Shown: piece after piece, positions 59,899-64,000 of the stretch
Position numbering within the stretch: the stretch's first letter is position 1
Layout of the letters: each line of letters opens with the position of its first letter
From: Lama glama
Taxonomy: Eukaryota
DNA: 64,000 nucleotides
NCBI GenBank assembly: GCA_028534125.1
Contig: CM052817.1
Span: forward strand, 99,946,001-100,010,000
Direction of reading: 5' to 3'
Position numbers and translations under genes: made by a program
The notes under the pieces: generated by a model
Databases searched by the model: none
What the model was told of the DNA's origin: nothing
What the model saw: the letters and a program-made list of their open reading frames with translations, nothing else

Positions 59899-60194
59899 CA
59901 TTTTTCTGCAACATGGTCACACTTTGACCATGGGAGCCGGCTCTGACACGTGGGGCGGAAACTCAGCCTTTGGTTCCTGGTGACTAAATTCACACACCCT
60001 CTTAACTACTGCCCATCGCTTTCTCTAGCTGAAGTGATTTTTAAAGCATCTGGAAAGAAGTACGAAAGGAAAGCATTAGACTTCTGGCCTGTCCCTGTTC
60101 CAGGGCTTTCGGGGTCAGAGTGCAGGGGGGAAAAGACTCATTCCAGAGACAGGGCAGGAAGAGGGTGGTGACAATGACAGAGAGGGGGTCCTCT

Positions 60195-60745
60195 TAGAAG
60201 ACAGTCTGGCAGGTCCTCAAAATACTCAAAATGCAATTACCAGATGACCTAGAAATTCTGTTCCTATAGGTATATCCCCAAGACATTTGAAAACACAGGC
60301 ACAAACAAAAATCTGTACATACATGTTCACAGTCAACATAACTCGTAAGAGCCCAAACGGGGAAACCACACAGCTGCCCATTACTGATGAATGACAGACA
60401 GAACATGGTTAGGTCCACACGGTGGAGTATTCTTCAGCCATAAAAGGCAGGAAGTGCCGACACTTGTTACAACAGATGGACTCTGAAAACACAATCTCAG
60501 GTGAAAGAAGCCAGACACAAGATGCCACATGCTGTATGAGTCCATTTAAATTAAAAGTCCAGAACAGACAAGTCCATAGACAAAAACAGATTACTGGTTG
60601 CCTAGGATGCAGGGTTAATCAGGAGATGCAGGGTTTGTTTCCTAGAGTGATGAAGATGCTCTGGAATTACACAGTGGTGATGGTTGTACAACTTTGTGAC
60701 TATCCTAAAAACCAATGAACCATATACTTCATGAAAAAAAAAAAA
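60195..60745 (+). mobile_element. Old L1 (L1MB/MC-like) 3' fragment
   Basis: gacagtctggcaggtcctcaaaa...aattaccagatgaccta...ggagtattcttcagccataaaa...gtgaaagaagccagacacaa...gtggtgatggttgtacaactttgtga, then an A tail. Confidence 0.75.
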
Positions 60746-62213
60746 CCCTAAAAAACAGTACACTAAAACCTCTTATTTTCGAAAATCTTCATTCCTCTAA
60801 CCTCCCATCTGCCTATCCCATCAACCAATCCCTCTAACACAATGTATTCATGGAAAGATGCCTGGGACAACGCTCAGTCAGTATTAATGGCAGTTATTCT
60901 GAGGTCATAGTATCTGAAAATCTTTGTATTTTTCTGCATTACTTAAGTTCTTTATAATAAACAAATAGCATTTTTCCACCAGAAAATTGGTGATTTTTTT
61001 AAAAACAGAAAACAAGGTAGAAAAATCAAAAAGCAACCCCCCCCGAGACAACGGCATATGAGGGAGATTGCCTTATGTGACACACATTTAATACCCTGCT
61101 AAACAGACTTTTATGTCGGTTCTATGACTGCCTCACAGAAGCCAGGATTCACTGCTTTAAACATGCTGGCAGTTGACAGAACCCAAAAGCATCTCTATCC
61201 GTATCTGAACCCGGCTGTCAGCATCTCCAGTCTCTTCCCACAGAACCTGTCAGACTCGCCGCACTAGGTTCTCTTTGGTGGGGCGGATGTGTGGGAGGGG
61301 GAAGGTTTTTCCCTTTTTGGTTTCAAATGCTACGATCTGTCTGCTCTTATGCGTGTATATATAGTTCCCTTCTGCCCTCAGGCCATCTAATCTTTCTGCT
61401 ACTGCTGAGCACTGTCATAAACATTTGTATTCCCCTGACACCCAGGCAGCCAAAACCCTCTCCTAAGCCCGGTGCGGCCCGCACTTCCCAGCCTCACTTG
61501 GTGATGGGTAAACAAAGCCTTTATTAGTTCCCGGCTCCAGTTTCCCAGCACAGAGCCGGGTGGCTGCTCCATGGTGCCTTGTAATTAGCCCAAAGCAGCC
61601 ACTTTTCCAAAGCCTCGCTTTGTAACCTGCCACTGCTGTCGACGTGTATAAATATTAAATGCAAAAGGCACCATTAAAATAACATTAAGTTTCTGGCTGA
61701 AGCATTGACAGCTGCGACATCAGAAGTTGAGATCAGGCAGCTGCCTTGGTGTTCCTCATCCTTCTGGGTGCTTACTTGTCAGGGTCTTCTGAATCCCGGG
61801 CATCCTGCGCCCACCGGAGACTGTCAGGTGGAGGTGGAGATGAGGCGGGAGGCCGCCTTTGATGATGATGCTTTTTTTCTGAGTTTTCACACACTGAGCA
61901 TGCGTGTAAATTTTTATCTAGGTGCGAGGCAGGCTGTCTGACCTCACCCTCCTGGCTGGAAGACTGACTTTCAGGGGCGACCACATGCCAAGATGAACGT
62001 GCCCCTGGATGGGAGAGGGAGGATGAGGGCTGGGGACAGGGCACGGGGGGAGAGTGCACAGTCTGAAGCTCCCAGGAGCTGCAGGGCCCCACCTTTCACA
62101 TAAATGTTTGGGAGACAGTCCAGGCAAAGCCAAACAATAACTCCTCCCTCTGGTTAGCGCAGATGAGAAGCAAATTACCCGTGCCAGACGCTTCTGGCAG
62201 TGGACACACATAC

Positions 62214-62292
62214 CTGCTTAGCTGCGGACGAAGAGATGGCCTTCCTCTCCACCAGGTTGAGCAGCTCCGCCAGGGCAGAAGGGGTGACAGGA
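62214..62292 (-). CDS. GATB: GATB coding exon ((S)[26 protein letters not shown])
   Basis: On the - strand: acceptor gctgccag| and donor CAG|gtatgt; 79 nt, phase 2/0. It has the GatB motif 'P..LAELL.L.....IS...AKQ' and joins in frame to VFEELW. Further upstream exons lie beyond the window. Confidence 0.92.
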
Positions 62293-64000
62293 CTGGCAGC
62301 CCCCAAAAGGAGAGAAGGAACATTTCCATTTCACTCTGTCGGCCTCCACATTTAGTGTCACTCAAAATCAAAGCACTTGACTTTGTAGGTTTGAATAATT
62401 AAACCCCAGCCCAGGAATGAAAAGAAAGGCCAACTGGGCTCTATTTTATTTATATATCTGGTATTCTAGGATATAACACATTTCTGTGACTAGTGTTGTT
62501 TTTCTTTATTTCACCACAGACAATAACCGCTGTTTGGCAGAAGTTGTAGCAACAGACAACTGCTCAGTTTAATTAGTCAAAAAAAAGGAGGTGGCTGCAA
62601 AATTCATGAACCACGATGAGAAAAGAAAAGAAAAGAAAAGAAAAAACCCAGTAATTAAATATTGTCAACTAAAAGATCAGCCTAAAAATTACTTCAAACA
62701 AAACAGCTAACAAAGCCACTTTTCTGAGTGTTTTCTGGCAAATATAAATTTTTCAATTGGAAGAGCTTTTCTTGTAGGGACGCAATGAGTACCAGCCACG
62801 TGCTTACCGGCCTCACGGGCGGCCACACTCGGTCCTGTCCTGCAGCCTCTCGGCAGCTTTCTGGATTCAGAAGGGCCCAGACTCCATTATATCTACACGT
62901 CTAGGAAGCGACTTACTTGCCAAGATCTCATGATATACAAGGCCGAAGGGCAACCAAACACATAAAGTGTCATCAGGTCACACTCAGGGCAAGAGCTGGG
63001 GTGAATATTGAGGATTAGTGAGAACACAAGCCTGAATTACAGACTATTTCTTGTAAAATAGTTGGTTCTGATACTTTTAAACACATACAGCAATAGGCTA
63101 ATGAAACGCTGTCTATCTGAGGTCACGAGGGGGTGAGCTTCAAACAGACTGCCAACGACTCACAGCACAGAAGGCTCTGTGGAAACGAAATCTTCGGAGA
63201 TGCTCCTAATGCCACTTGAAAACCCCTTCTCTTTAAGTCTCACTTCCATCATTCACTATTCACTTCTTTGTAAGCTCTCAGACAATAAAAAGGAAACGAC
63301 CGCTTCGCCCCTTATGCCCATTTCCCGGAATTCCAAACCAGCCGCGTGCAAGCTCACCAGGTCCGACCGACCGGACTCTGACTCAGGTCCAGTGAAGCCT
63401 CGCGGGGCTGCTCACGTGGGACGGCGGCCCATCGTCCTTCAAGTGTCTGTTCATCCCCAAGTGTGGATAAAAGGTAATTCCCAGAGGAAACCGGCTTTGG
63501 AGAGTGTCTGGCGGCACTAAGTTGGTATTTGGAGCGGCTGTGAGCCACCCTGATGAACTCTCATCAGGATGAGGCCAGAGGGCTGGGGGGTAAACGGGAA
63601 CCCCTCTCCAACCTCCCGCCCTTACTGACAAGTAATAAAGAATCCAGGTTGTTTTAAAAATTCGGGTTTCTTGGATGTTCTACAATCCTAGTCAACACAA
63701 AGGCCAATTAGAGCGCAGACCGTGGGCAGAACCTGTACTAAGCACTGGGTTGAACTAGATTTCTCGAGCCTGCGAAAGGAAGGGTCCTTGCTCCCACAGG
63801 AACGATGATAAAGGGCTGTGGGGACAGAAATAGAACACAGCGTAGCTAAAAATACTTGGCCTTTCATCCGGCGACCTTAATTCACTATAAAGTATCTCCA
63901 CCGACCTCGCAGCTTGTGGGATTTCTCAATCACTCTTTTGTAGCCACCGTGTGCGACACACAGTAGGGCAGCAGTATCCGTGTCGTGGACTTCTCCCCCG

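Noticed and set aside
59914..59935. TGG immediately after a possible LTR end, as a primer-binding site of a provirus
   Set aside because: tggtcacactttgacc does not match any tRNA 3' end I recognise, and no gag-like sequence follows, so it is treated as a solo LTR.

Overview
Mammalian genomic DNA, most likely a camelid (alpaca/llama/camel), judged from three tRNA-Ala-derived SINEs resembling the camelid vic-1 family. The window holds the 3' parts of two convergent genes. On the + strand are the last seven coding exons of FHIP1A (FAM160A1, an FHF-complex subunit), 14881-47534. They splice through GT-AG introns into one open frame of 2175 nt (724 aa plus stop) ending ...LEDSCC*. On the - strand are the last three coding exons of GATB (PET112, mitochondrial Glu-tRNA(Gln) amidotransferase subunit B), 62292-55074. 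About 7.5 kb separates the two stop codons, and candidate poly(A) signals for both strands sit side by side near 54.49-54.56 kb. The rest is intronic or UTR sequence rich in L1 fragments (including a nested cluster at 15.6-19.5 kb), solitary ERV LTRs, MER DNA-transposon relics, MIR/L2 relics and microsatellites. I found no convincing new protein-coding system or prokaryotic-type element, and almost all ORF-track entries are chance ORFs. The most notable items are an LTR carrying a phased array of CCAAT boxes plus octamer, TATA and poly(A) motifs antisense to GATB, the back-to-back poly(A) signals, weak splice donors with nearby alternatives, and tandem E-box pairs. Gene and repeat names come from my recognition of the sequence, not from database searches.
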